From NCBI GenBank assembly GCA_964356375.1, contig CAYHGT010000002.1:7056-71055 (forward strand): a stretch of 64,000 nucleotides of DNA, read 5' to 3'. This DNA is from an uncultured Candidatus Saccharibacteria bacterium. GTDB taxonomy: Bacteria > Patescibacteriota > Minisyncoccia > UBA6257 > GWB1-50-10. The translations under genes were made by a program, and so were the position numbers. This document shows positions 1 through 9,078 of the stretch, piece by piece. Position 1 is the first letter of the stretch; every line of letters starts with the position of its first letter. The notes under the pieces are model-generated. The model was not told the origin of the DNA. It saw only the letters and a program-made list of their open reading frames with translations, and did not search any database.

Positions 1-42
1 GTTGAGGTCAACACGCGACCCCTTAAGAAAGAAGCGCTTCTT

Positions 43-468
43 ATGCCCGGCATCTTTTTCGACGATGAATTTAAGGATAGGGTCCTGCGTTACGTTCCCT
101 CCGTCGTCCCCCCTCTTACGGGGACAATCTACGGCGCAGATTTTGCGAAGGATATGACGCCTTCCGAGGCGTATGCCCGAACGGCGGAAAATATTTTTAC
201 GCCGAGAGAATTCATCGCGACACTTGCTTTTTGTATCGCGCATGATCGGCGTATGAAGAAAGAAGAAAAAAAGATTTTACGCACTGGTGGGGATAGTTCG
301 AATATATTTTGCGTCCGTTCCCGTGGTCGTCTGGTCTCGGTCTGGGTGGATATGAATCTGGTCATGGATCACTTCGAAGGAATCGGCGTGCATGGTTTTT
401 ACGACGTCAAATCCCCGCTTGAGGATGACGGAGAGGATAGATGGGATGACGTACGATTCTTCGTTTGA
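43..468 (+). CDS. hypothetical protein (orphan)
   Basis: 141 aa ORF followed directly by a strong terminator; true start may lie outside the window. Confidence 0.6.
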   Translation: MPGIFFDDEFKDRVLRYVPSVVPPLTGTIYGADFAKDMTPSEAYARTAENIFTPREFIATLAFCIAHDRRMKKEEKKILRTGGDSSNIFCVRSRGRLVSVWVDMNLVMDHFEGIGVHGFYDVKSPLEDDGEDRWDDVRFFV

Positions 469-473
469 TTTTC

Positions 474-500
474 AAGCCCCTGCGTTTGCGGGGGCTTTTT
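474..500 (+). terminator. intrinsic terminator
   Basis: AAGCCCCTGC-GTTT-GCGGGGGCTT then T tract. Confidence 0.8.
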
Positions 501-605
501 AATTACATTTTTTAATACCTTGCGTAAAGAAACGAATCTGGTATACTACTTTTGAAGTCGTAAGTCCCGCCTAGAGCGGGATTCAATTTTAAACAAAACC
601 CAAAA

Positions 606-1814
606 ATGAATATAAAAGAATTAGGTGCGGCAGTTCAGCAGATTGCAACCGAGAAAGGAATTTCTGCGGAGCGGGTTATTGGCGCAATTGAGGCAGCAAT
701 CGCGGCTGCGTACAAAAAAGAATATAGAAAAAGAGGTGAAGTGATTCGCGCAAAATTTGAACCTAAGACAGGCGGGTTGAAATTTTGGCAGGTGAAGACC
801 GTGGTGGACCCAGAGCAGGTTCGTATCGTGGAGGAAGTAGAAGAAACTGAGGCAGACGTGAAAGAATTTCGAAGCAGAGTGGAACGAAGAGAGATGCCCG
901 AAGTGGAAGAAGGCGAGGCGCTCCCGCGCTACAATGCGGACCGCCACATTTTTTTGGCAGACGCAAAAAAAATAAAGAAGGACGCTGAGCTTGATGAGGA
1001 GCTTGAATTTCCTTTGGAATCACATTCCGATTTTGGCAGAATCGCAGCACAGACCGCAAAGCAAGTGGTATTGCAGAATATTCGCGACGCGGAACGCGCA
1101 TCTGTGCAGGAAGAATTTGCAGGAAGACAGGGCGAAATCGTAAGCGGTATCGTCCAGCGTTTTGACCGCGGGAATGTATATGTGGACCTTGGCCGCGCAA
1201 TTGGTGTGATGTTTCATGGCGACGGACTCCCTGGTGAACATTATCGCGTGGGTGACAGAATGCGGTTTTATGTCGCATCGGTTCAGCAAGACGTTCGTCA
1301 TCCAGGTATAGTGCTTAGTCGCGCGCATCCAAAATTTGTATCAAAATTATTTGAACTTGAAGTTCCCGAAATCGCAGACGGCATAGTTCTGATAAAACAA
1401 ATTGCGCGCGAACCCGGAAGTCGCAGTAAGATTGCGGTTGCATCAAAAGAAGAGGGCGTTGACCCGGTTGGTTCTGCGGTTGGTCAGCGCGGAACGCGCG
1501 TTATGGCGGTTACAAACGAACTTGGCAACGAGAAGATAGATATTATTGAGTGGTCTGATGACCCAGCAAAATTTATCGGAAATGCAATTTCACCCGCGAA
1601 GGCAAAATTGGTTGAGATATCGGATCGTCACGAAGCGCGAGTGCTTGTTCCTGATGACCAACTTTCGCTCGCGATTGGCAGGGGCGGGCAGAATGTGCGC
1701 CTTGCAGCAAAGCTTACGGGTTGGAAGATAGACGTGCGCTCACAGGCAAATCCCGATGCGACGCAAGAGGGCGGTGTCGCGACGATTGAGCCGACAGAAG
1801 AAGAAATAAAATAA
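606..1814 (+). CDS. nusA: transcription elongation factor NusA
   Basis: FGRIAAQTAKQV, S1 domain, KH motifs (IAREPGSRSKIAV, LSLAIGRGGQNVRLAAKLTGWKID). Confidence 0.98.
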   Translation: MNIKELGAAVQQIATEKGISAERVIGAIEAAIAAAYKKEYRKRGEVIRAKFEPKTGGLKFWQVKTVVDPEQVRIVEEVEETEADVKEFRSRVERREMPEVEEGEALPRYNADRHIFLADAKKIKKDAELDEELEFPLESHSDFGRIAAQTAKQVVLQNIRDAERASVQEEFAGRQGEIVSGIVQRFDRGNVYVDLGRAIGVMFHGDGLPGEHYRVGDRMRFYVASVQQDVRHPGIVLSRAHPKFVSKLFELEVPEIADGIVLIKQIAREPGSRSKIAVASKEEGVDPVGSAVGQRGTRVMAVTNELGNEKIDIIEWSDDPAKFIGNAISPAKAKLVEISDRHEARVLVPDDQLSLAIGRGGQNVRLAAKLTGWKIDVRSQANPDATQEGGVATIEPTEEEIK

Positions 1815-1839
1815 AAAAGCAAAAAAATAATTTAAATCT

Positions 1840-2095
1840 ATGAGTAAAGTATCGGTGATAGTAGCATCGATAACCGCGGTATTTATGGTGTTCGTGGTGC
1901 CTATCGCGCGGTAAGTCAAAAATTAAATTGGATGATACGCAAGCGAAAGCGTCTCTTGAGGATTCTAAGAAAGTTGTTGAGATTTGCACGAAATTTGCAC
2001 AGAATGGAATATTCAACATTTTCTCTGTTGTCTTCTTCAATACGCTCGCGTTCGTTTGGTGCTCGTTCTATGGAATGCGCATTAAAACAAATTAA
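1840..2095 (+). pseudogene. possible frameshifted small membrane protein
   Basis: 24 aa hydrophobic ORF 1840-1914 overlaps an open frame (GKSKIKLDD...MRIKTN*) ending at 2095, just before terminator 2101-2134. Confidence 0.4.
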
Positions 2096-2198
2096 CGCTG
2101 AAAAATCCCCCAACGCGCGTTGGTGGATTTTTATTTAGATATTCTATTCTATGAGGTGTATAATAAATAAAAGTAATTAGACACGAAGTTTCGGATAC

Positions 2199-3512
2199 AT
2201 GAAAAAGATTTCTAAATACAACTCATTCTCATCTGCCTTTATGGTTCGACAGTTCGATAAACTCACCACAAGCAAAGCTCAGGGTAAAACCCTAGAGAAG
2301 GGTTTTACCCTCGTAGAGCTCCTTATCGTCATAGGCATCCTCGCCATCCTCTCTGTGGCTGTCGTAGTAGTCCTAAACCCTGCAGAGCTCATCAAACAAT
2401 CAAGAGATTCAAGTAGAATGTCTGACTTTGCAGCCATCTCTACCGCAATGAGCCTCTATACCATAGATCAACCAGGAGGCTTCACAGGTTCTTCAAGCAT
2501 AGTATATGTCTCTATCCCTGATACCTCAAACACATGTGCGAATCTAGGTCTCCCTACCCTCCCCACAGGATACTCCTATGCATGCTCCTCTACCTCCACA
2601 TACAGGAAGGTAGATGGCACAGGCTGGATGCCTCTCTCCCTAAGTAGTATGGCAACAGGAGCTCCCTTCTCTGTCCTCCCCATTGACCCCGTAAATACCA
2701 CCTCATCAGGCAACTACTATACATATACCCCGAGTGGTCAGAAATATGAGGTTGCTACCCCTTTTGAATCAGCAAAATACAAGCTAGGAGGCTCTGCAGA
2801 CCGTGCATCCAAGGATGGAGGCATCTATACAGGTCTCTATGAATCAGGCTCCTCCCTCACGCTTGCCCCCATTGATTATGGAGACCCATCTCTAGTGGGA
2901 TATTGGACATTCAATGAAGGAACGGGAACCAAGGTCTATGATTACTCGGGCCACAACGCGAGTGGGACGTGGGCGGGAACATTAGGGAGCCAGTGGGTTG
3001 GGGGAAGAGTCGGCGCCTATGCAGGGAGTTTCAATGGGACGGATAACCATGTGAATGTTTCTAGTACCAATGCTTTGAAAATTTTAAACCCAATTTCAAT
3101 GACTGCGTGGATAAACCCAACTACAACATCCTCTTTGATGTCGGTTTTGACAAAAGGACAAGACGGGACTGCATATGATTATGGTTTACTAATCAAAATT
3201 ACTAGTGGTGTTATTACATTCAGAAACAGCACCGCCGATGTTTATTCAACATCCACCGTTACAACTGGAGTATGGCAATTCGTTGGTCTTTCGTGTGCTG
3301 ATAACATATCGTGTAAGGTATATATTAACAATAATTTTTCAAGCACCATAACCCTAACCTATGGCGGGGCGATTCAAAGCAACTGGTCGTTAGATATAGG
3401 TAATGCGATGGGAACTTCCGTATTCATGAACGGTTCTATCGACGACGTTCGCATCTACAACCGCGCCCTTTCTGCCTCCGAAATCCTCGCACTCTACAAC
3501 GCCACGAAGTAA
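2199..3512 (+). CDS. type IV pilin-like protein with C-terminal LamG/concanavalin A-like domain
   Basis: prepilin motif KG|FTLVELLIVIGILAIL; LVGYWTFNEGTG...GSIDDVRIYNRALS LamG motifs. Confidence 0.92.
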   Translation: MKKISKYNSFSSAFMVRQFDKLTTSKAQGKTLEKGFTLVELLIVIGILAILSVAVVVVLNPAELIKQSRDSSRMSDFAAISTAMSLYTIDQPGGFTGSSSIVYVSIPDTSNTCANLGLPTLPTGYSYACSSTSTYRKVDGTGWMPLSLSSMATGAPFSVLPIDPVNTTSSGNYYTYTPSGQKYEVATPFESAKYKLGGSADRASKDGGIYTGLYESGSSLTLAPIDYGDPSLVGYWTFNEGTGTKVYDYSGHNASGTWAGTLGSQWVGGRVGAYAGSFNGTDNHVNVSSTNALKILNPISMTAWINPTTTSSLMSVLTKGQDGTAYDYGLLIKITSGVITFRNSTADVYSTSTVTTGVWQFVGLSCADNISCKVYINNNFSSTITLTYGGAIQSNWSLDIGNAMGTSVFMNGSIDDVRIYNRALSASEILALYNATK

Positions 3513-3562
3513 ATAGGCGAGATTTTGATACTCGTATTTTTCTATGGTATTATCCATTTGTT

Positions 3563-5056
3563 ATGCGAATACTTACACGAGATATTGGAGAGCATGTAGG
3601 TGAGGGAATAGTCCTCATGGGTTCAGTGGACATTCGTCGTGACCACGGCAAACTTATTTTTATAGACTTTCGTGATTGGACGGGCTTGGCACAGGTGGTT
3701 TTTTTGCCGAACAACGCAGAGCTTCACGAAAAGGCGAGCGCATTGCGTTCCGAGTGGGTGATTAAACTTACGGGTACCATTCAGAAACGCCCCGAGGGAT
3801 TAATAAATAAAAATCTTGCATCGGGCGCATTTGAAATCGTTGCGACGGATTTGGAAGTTTTGTCCGAAGCAAAAACACCGCCTATTGAAGTGCAGGGTGA
3901 CGGACTTGAGATTGGTGAGGAGAGCCGAATGAAATATCGCTATGTAGATTTGCGTCGCGCAAGGATGCAGAAGAATTTGAGAATGCGCGCAAAAGTATTT
4001 CAACTGGTTCGCAATTTTTTGAGCGCAAATAATTTTGTGGAAGTTGAGACCCCAATACTTTCCAAATCAACGCCCGAGGGTGCGCGTGATTATCTTGTGC
4101 CATCTCGTATTCAGGAGGGTAAGTTTTATGCGCTTCCACAATCACCACAGCAATACAAGCAGTTGCTGATGGTTTCCGGAATAGATAGGTATTTCCAGCT
4201 TGCGCGTTGTTTTAGGGATGAGGATACGCGCGGAGACCGCCAGCCCGAGTTTACACAGTTAGACCTTGAGATGAGCTTTGTGGAACGCGAGGACGTAATA
4301 GCAATAAACGAGGAGCTTTTGATTAAACTTGTAAAAGAGCTTTATCCAGAGAAGAAGATTCAGGAGATTCCGTTCCCGCGCATTACCTATAAGAATGCAA
4401 TGGAAAAGCATGGAAACGATAGGCCTGACTTGCGCGAAGATAAAAATGACAAAAATCTTCTCGCATTCTGCTGGATAATTGATTTTCCATTTTTTGAGCG
4501 AGTTGCCAAAGGCAATGAAGCTCACCCTGAGCTCGCTCGCGATGAGCTTGTCGAATCTGTAGAAGGGGTGAAAAGTGGTTCGACAGGCTCACCACAAACT
4601 TCTAGCGAAGTTTGGACATTCACACACAATCCTTTTTCCGCGCCGAAACCCGAATTTATGGAGGACTTACTTGCAAATAAAAACATCGGAGAGATTCTTA
4701 CCACGCAGTATGATATCGCACTGAATGGATGGGAGATTGGCGGAGGAAGTATTCGCAATCATCGTTCGGATGCATTGCGCGAGGTATTCCACATAATGGG
4801 ATTCAATAATGACCGAATTGAAAAGAATTTCGGACATATGTTGGAAGCATTTGATTTCGGCGCGCCACCGCACGGAGGCATCGCGTGGGGTATGGATCGC
4901 TTGATGATGATTTTGGAAAATGAGGCGAACATCCGTGAGGTCATCGCATTCCCGAAGACGGGTGATGGGAGGGACTTGATGATGGACGCGCCAAGTGATG
5001 TTTCCGAAGAACAGTTGCGAGAACTACACATAACAATAAAAGAAAAGAAAAAATAG
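3563..5056 (+). CDS. aspS: aspartate--tRNA ligase (GAD-less form, with in-frame repeat insertion)
   Basis: OB fold RDHGKLIFID, STPEGARDYLVP, FRDED..RQPEFTQLD, GAPPHGGIAWG. Confidence 0.97.
   Translation: MRILTRDIGEHVGEGIVLMGSVDIRRDHGKLIFIDFRDWTGLAQVVFLPNNAELHEKASALRSEWVIKLTGTIQKRPEGLINKNLASGAFEIVATDLEVLSEAKTPPIEVQGDGLEIGEESRMKYRYVDLRRARMQKNLRMRAKVFQLVRNFLSANNFVEVETPILSKSTPEGARDYLVPSRIQEGKFYALPQSPQQYKQLLMVSGIDRYFQLARCFRDEDTRGDRQPEFTQLDLEMSFVEREDVIAINEELLIKLVKELYPEKKIQEIPFPRITYKNAMEKHGNDRPDLREDKNDKNLLAFCWIIDFPFFERVAKGNEAHPELARDELVESVEGVKSGSTGSPQTSSEVWTFTHNPFSAPKPEFMEDLLANKNIGEILTTQYDIALNGWEIGGGSIRNHRSDALREVFHIMGFNNDRIEKNFGHMLEAFDFGAPPHGGIAWGMDRLMMILENEANIREVIAFPKTGDGRDLMMDAPSDVSEEQLRELHITIKEKKK
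4520..4595. repeat. nested palindromic repeat inserted in frame in aspS
   Basis: GCTCACCCTGAGC-[TCGCTCGCGATGAGCTTGTCGAATC]-TGTAGAAGGG ... GTGGTTCGACAGGCTCACCAC, encoding AHPELARDELVESVEG..SGSTGSPQ. Confidence 0.85.
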
Positions 5057-5057
5057 T

Positions 5058-5666
5058 ATGGCACACCAAAAAGAAGAAAGAACATTTGTACTCATAAAGC
5101 CTGATGGCGTTCAGCGCAGTTTGATAGGTGAGATAGTACATCGCTTGGAGCGAACCGGTCTAAAGTTTGTCGCATTCAAATTTTTGGTACCGACTCGGGA
5201 ACAATCCATCGCACATTACGGCAAGGACGATGTGTGGTGTGAGAAAGTTGGTGAGCGTACGATAAATGAAAGAAAAGAGAAAGGGTTGCCGATAGAAAAA
5301 TCCGCGGTTGAATACGGCAGAATTGTTTCTGATAGACTTATAACATTTTTAACATCAGGCCCCGTGCTCGCAATGTCTTTGGAGGGTAACCAGGCAGTTG
5401 GAATCGTCAAAAAACTTGTGGGAGGCACGGAACCGCTCACGTCAGATGTGGGAACGATTCGGAGTGATCTTACCATTGATTCGTATGCGATATCTAACGT
5501 GGATGGACGATGTGTACGCAACCTTATACATTGTTCGGATGCGACAGAGGAGGCGGAAAGAGAAATGAGGGTGTGGTTTAAGGAAGAAGAATTAATAAAA
5601 TATCACCACATTAACGAGATAACTCTCTATGATGTGGACCTCGGCCATATACTCGGAAATAGCTAG
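5058..5666 (+). CDS. ndk: nucleoside diphosphate kinase
   Basis: ERTFVLIKPDGVQR, GTIRSD, NLIHCSD. Confidence 0.95.
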   Translation: MAHQKEERTFVLIKPDGVQRSLIGEIVHRLERTGLKFVAFKFLVPTREQSIAHYGKDDVWCEKVGERTINERKEKGLPIEKSAVEYGRIVSDRLITFLTSGPVLAMSLEGNQAVGIVKKLVGGTEPLTSDVGTIRSDLTIDSYAISNVDGRCVRNLIHCSDATEEAEREMRVWFKEEELIKYHHINEITLYDVDLGHILGNS

Positions 5667-5685
5667 GTTTTATCGGCGTTAATTA

Positions 5686-5732
5686 CCTGTACCGAGCAAC
5701 GTCGAGGTGCCTGTACCGAGCAACGTCGAGGT
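5686..5732. repeat. tandem 23 bp repeat x2 (GAGC..GTCGA family)
   Basis: CCTGTACCGAGCAACGTCGAGGT at 5686-5708 and 5710-5732. Confidence 0.9.
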
Positions 5733-5781
5733 ATCCCCAAGCGAGGGCAAAAAGTGATAAAAATAATGCTATACTATAAGT

Positions 5782-5963
5782 AGATCCTGTTTAATAGAAT
5801 TCGGCTCAAAATTATACAAAGGGATTCCACAATTGTGTTATATCGCTGGTTCGTCCTGGATACTATGCAGAGGAAACCCACTTGACTTCTAGCCGGAATT
5901 CTAAAAAGCTGGATCGCAGTTGGTAAAACAACTGGAAAGGGCGCCTGCAAAGGCGTTCTTTTC
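5782..5963 (+). ncRNA. probable 6S RNA-like structured RNA
   Basis: extended -10 TGCTATACT 5767-5775; closing stem, central bubble and apical stem over 5783-5915; terminator 5939-5963; no credible ORF. Confidence 0.65.
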
Positions 5964-6013
5964 ATATTTATTTCACAAGCATAAAAATCTGTGTATACTA
6001 AACGCTGTGAGTT

Positions 6014-6084
6014 CGGGGTGTCGTATAATGGTAGTATGCAAGGCTGGGGGTCTTGTAGTCTGGGTTCGATTCCCAGCATCCCGA
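6014..6084 (+). tRNA. tRNA-Pro(GGG)
   Basis: acceptor CGGGGTG/CATCCCG, anticodon arm CAAGG-CTGGGGG-TCTTG, T arm GGTTCGATTCC; CCA not encoded. Confidence 0.93.
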
Positions 6085-6132
6085 CAAATGACAAGCCATT
6101 ATGAAAGGTCGTTCTAACAAAACAAATAGAGT

Positions 6133-6363
6133 ATGGATGATAATAAAAAACAGAATTTTTTCTCTTCGCCAAAAAAGCCAACAACAAAAATTAATTTTGG
6201 TTTAGTTTTGGTGCTTTGGCAACTAATTAGCGAAAATTACGGATTTGTGTTGGGGTCTGGGGCCCAGGTTGTCGGTGCTAATTTGGTCCCTATTTTAATA
6301 TACGGCACTGGCATTTGGCTTTTGTATTCTGGAATCAAAAATTATAAAAGGGAAAACAAATAA
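6133..6363 (+). CDS. small membrane protein
   Basis: 76 aa, two hydrophobic segments. Confidence 0.6.
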   Translation: MDDNKKQNFFSSPKKPTTKINFGLVLVLWQLISENYGFVLGSGAQVVGANLVPILIYGTGIWLLYSGIKNYKRENK

Positions 6364-6390
6364 GTCACAGAAATACGTGGTTGTGAAACA

Positions 6391-6424
6391 AAAAACCGCC
6401 CTGAGCTTGTCGATGGGCGGTTTT
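6391..6424. terminator. bidirectional terminator whose loop is a CTGAGCTTGTCGA repeat
   Basis: AAAACCGCC-CTGAGCTTGTCGATG-GGCGGTTTT between convergent genes. Confidence 0.75.
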
Positions 6425-6427
6425 AAG

Positions 6428-6616
6428 TTACTTTGTTTTGCTGAGTGTTCGGAGGCACTGTGTACAGACATAAGAGCGTTTGCCCTTAATTAAAAGACCT
6501 GTCCATTGGAGATTGGCTTTCTTTTTGCTATAGGTGGTCGGATTATAATGACCGCGAAGAAGTTTTCGGGTACTACCGCCCTTTGATGATTTTTTACACT
6601 TTTCGCATGCGCGCAT
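6428..6616 (-). CDS. rpmB: 50S ribosomal protein bL28
   Basis: 62 aa basic protein, CxxC...ANLQ...VCTQCLRT. Confidence 0.85.
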   Translation of the reverse strand: MRACEKCKKSSKGGSTRKLLRGHYNPTTYSKKKANLQWTGLLIKGKRSYVCTQCLRTLSKTK

Positions 6617-6655
6617 AGTTTTGGTATTCTAACCTCTGAATCAAAACGAGTCAAC

Positions 6656-6693
6656 CCTGCCTGCCGGCAGGCAGGTCCGACGCTACGGTTGGG
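6656..6693. repeat. palindromic repeat CCTGCCTGCCGGCAGGCAGG plus TCCGAC-N6-GTTGGG
   Basis: perfect 20 bp palindrome 6656-6675 next to the rpmB -35 (TTGACT, 6649-6654, minus strand). Confidence 0.85.
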
Positions 6694-6701
6694 GCTAGCT
6701 C

Positions 6702-7349
6702 CTAACCAATAATTGTCTCTTTATAGCTCTTCTTTGCGAAATCAAACTCGTAGAATTTTGTATCATCGCCTGTGCCTACTTGGAAGATATATGAGTTACG
6801 GTCGGATGTGGGCTTGAAGATAACCTGGACAGATACCGAGCTCTTGGGGGGCATAGAACTAAACTGTCCTTTTGCATCAGTTGCTAACTCATCGGAGCCA
6901 TCCACATTGATAATCCAAAATAACGACTTAGGGTCTATCGCGGTATAGGATGAGGCATTGCTTGTGAATGCTTTGATGTCCGCTGTAAGCGTGCCATCTT
7001 TCAATTTACTCACATTTTCTATTGTAATTGTTGTGCTTGCCTGTGGAAGAAGTGTGGAGCTTGAATTTACATCAAAAATAATCGCGGTTGAAATTTTTGC
7101 AATCACATCTGTCGCACTCGCTACCAGCTGACTTGTTTGTGTTGATTGGTCCGTGGTCGCGGGTGCGGTGGATGGCGCGGGCGTATTGGTCGTGGTGTCG
7201 CTCAACTTATTTTTAATCTGGTTAACCAATTCTAAGTTGCTTACCGTGGTTCCAAGTGTTGCAATCTTATCAAACGCGACATAAAAACTGACGATTGAGA
7301 TGAGCACGAAAATGACGAGAATCGTGAGAAGTGTTTTGTTATTATCCAT
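6702..7349 (-). CDS. membrane-anchored hypothetical protein
   Basis: N-terminal TM, T/P-rich linker, beta-rich domain; TATAAT 8 nt upstream of ATG 7349. Confidence 0.8.
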   Translation of the reverse strand: MDNNKTLLTILVIFVLISIVSFYVAFDKIATLGTTVSNLELVNQIKNKLSDTTTNTPAPSTAPATTDQSTQTSQLVASATDVIAKISTAIIFDVNSSSTLLPQASTTITIENVSKLKDGTLTADIKAFTSNASSYTAIDPKSLFWIINVDGSDELATDAKGQFSSMPPKSSVSVQVIFKPTSDRNSYIFQVGTGDDTKFYEFDFAKKSYKETIIG

Positions 7350-7397
7350 ATACATTCATTATACCAATTCGCTTATTGTGATATAGTAAAAACACGC

Positions 7398-8024
7398 ATG
7401 GAAGCAATACTATTTATTTTTAAAATCATTGTGCTCGTATTTTCCGTTGTGGTACACGAAATCTCGCACGGATTTGTGGCAGAACGATTTGGAGATGATA
7501 CGGCTCGTCGAGCGGGACGCTTAACCCTAAACCCCATTCGCCACATTGATTTATTCGGTTCTATAATTTTTCCACTTCTTATGGCACTAATCCCAGGCGG
7601 GGTAGTATTCGGGTGGGCAAAACCCGTACCCATCAATCCACGCAATTTTAGAAACCCTGATCGCGATACGGCATATGTTTCAGCCGCGGGGCCCTTGAGT
7701 AATATCACACTCGCATTTATTTTCGGAATGCTTATTCGCGCGCTCGCGCTTGTGCCACCAACCAATTGGTCTACCGCGCTCATCGGGCTTTTCAGCATCA
7801 TCGTAATTACGAACGTGGCACTCGCAATATTCAATCTTGTGCCGATTCCACCACTTGATGGTTCGGGTGTGCTCTTCGCATTTCTGCCAAGGTCAATGTA
7901 TTCGGTGCGTGTGTTCTTGGAACGCTACGGACTTTTCATTTTTCTCGCATTCGTGTTTTTCGGCGTTGAGCTTATCGTTCCCGCGATTCTCTGGGTATTC
8001 CGATTATTTTCAGGAATTGCTTAG
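7398..8024 (+). CDS. site-2 protease (peptidase M50)
   Basis: [22 protein letters not shown]. Confidence 0.95.
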   Translation: MEAILFIFKIIVLVFSVVVHEISHGFVAERFGDDTARRAGRLTLNPIRHIDLFGSIIFPLLMALIPGGVVFGWAKPVPINPRNFRNPDRDTAYVSAAGPLSNITLAFIFGMLIRALALVPPTNWSTALIGLFSIIVITNVALAIFNLVPIPPLDGSGVLFAFLPRSMYSVRVFLERYGLFIFLAFVFFGVELIVPAILWVFRLFSGIA

Positions 8025-8039
8025 TAGAAAAGAGCTATT

Positions 8040-8090
8040 AACTCCGACCTCGTCGTCGGAGTTGACGTTTTTTCGGACACCATTTATACT
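8040..8090 (+). promoter_or_regulatory. rpsL promoter with overlapping palindromic repeat
   Basis: AACTCCGAC-N6-GTCGGAGTT 8040-8063; TTGACG 8062-8067, 17 bp, TATACT 8085-8090. Confidence 0.8.
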
Positions 8091-8103
8091 GAGGGCTGTT
8101 TTT

Positions 8104-8517
8104 ATGCCAACTATTAGACAACTTATTAAGAGCGGAAGGACGAGCAAAAAGGCAAAGGATAAGACCCCAGGTCTTAGTTTTTATTTTAACTACATTCAAA
8201 ATCGTCCAGTAGTTTCCGCATCACCGTTTAAGCGCGGCGTGTGTCTTAAGGTGTTCACCACAACTCCGAAGAAGCCGAACTCGGCGCTTCGTAAGGTTGC
8301 GCGCGTGCGTCTCACAAATGGCTCTGAAGTTACGGCATACATTCCTGGTGAGGGACACAACCTTCAGGAACACTCTGTGGTGCTCTTGCGTGGCGGTCGT
8401 GTAAAAGACCTTCCGGGTGTGCGTTATCACATTGTTCGCGGTGTTCTTGATACATCGGGCGTGGACCGCACCGCACAGAGGTCAAAGTATGGAGCAAAGA
8501 AGAAAAAGGCAAAATAA
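8104..8517 (+). CDS. rpsL: 30S ribosomal protein uS12
   Basis: [37 protein letters not shown]; start trimmed to ATG 8104. Confidence 0.98.
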   Translation: MPTIRQLIKSGRTSKKAKDKTPGLSFYFNYIQNRPVVSASPFKRGVCLKVFTTTPKKPNSALRKVARVRLTNGSEVTAYIPGEGHNLQEHSVVLLRGGRVKDLPGVRYHIVRGVLDTSGVDRTAQRSKYGAKKKKAK

Positions 8518-8524
8518 TTAATTT

Positions 8525-9004
8525 ATGAGAAAGCAAGGATATTTTAAAAAGAAAGCATTTGTACCTGACACGAAAACCAATCGCACGGACATCGGTCGTT
8601 TTATTAACTACATAATGGAAGACGGTAGAAAAGCAGCGGCTGAAAAAGTTGTCTATTCCGCGTTGGAGTCCATCAAGGAAACAACGAAAGAAGATCCGAT
8701 TCACATATTTGAAAAAGCATTGGAAAACGCTAATCCGCTTTTGGAAGTTGTTTCAAAGCGTATTGGTGGTGCAAACTACCAGATTCCTCGAGAAGTTCGT
8801 CCAGAACGCCAGTTTTTTCTCGCAACACATTGGATAATCAAGGCGGCAAAGGCAAAAAAGGGAAAGCCGATGGGTGAGCGTCTCGCAGAAGAACTCATTC
8901 TCGCGTCAAAGAACGAAGGAACCGCAATCAAAAAGAAGCAGGACACGCATCGCATGGCCGAAGCGAATAGAGCATTTGCATCACTCATGCGTTCATCGTC
9001 TTAA
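8525..9004 (+). CDS. rpsG: 30S ribosomal protein uS7
   Basis: RIGGANYQIP, HRMAEANRAF. Confidence 0.98.
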   Translation: MRKQGYFKKKAFVPDTKTNRTDIGRFINYIMEDGRKAAAEKVVYSALESIKETTKEDPIHIFEKALENANPLLEVVSKRIGGANYQIPREVRPERQFFLATHWIIKAAKAKKGKPMGERLAEELILASKNEGTAIKKKQDTHRMAEANRAFASLMRSSS

Positions 9005-9078
9005 AAGAGTCAGCAAGGGCTCGGCTCTCATAAGAGAGCCGATTTTTTAAGAATCACAAAACATACCAAAACAAATTT

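Noticed and set aside
2199-3512. diversity-generating retroelement target
   Set aside because: No reverse transcriptase or TR/VR pair found in the window.
5686-5732. possible CRISPR array
   Set aside because: Only two adjacent repeats with a 1 nt gap, no spacers and no cas genes.
5783-5827. fourth copy of the CCCGTTAGA element (CCTGTT...AAAGGG)
   Set aside because: Ends are poorly matched and there is no 6 bp flanking repeat; the sequence is better explained by 6S-like stems.
5774-6187. 137 aa minus-strand ORF and 5920-6117 plus-strand ORF
   Set aside because: They overlap tRNA-Pro and the structured RNA and show no protein motifs.
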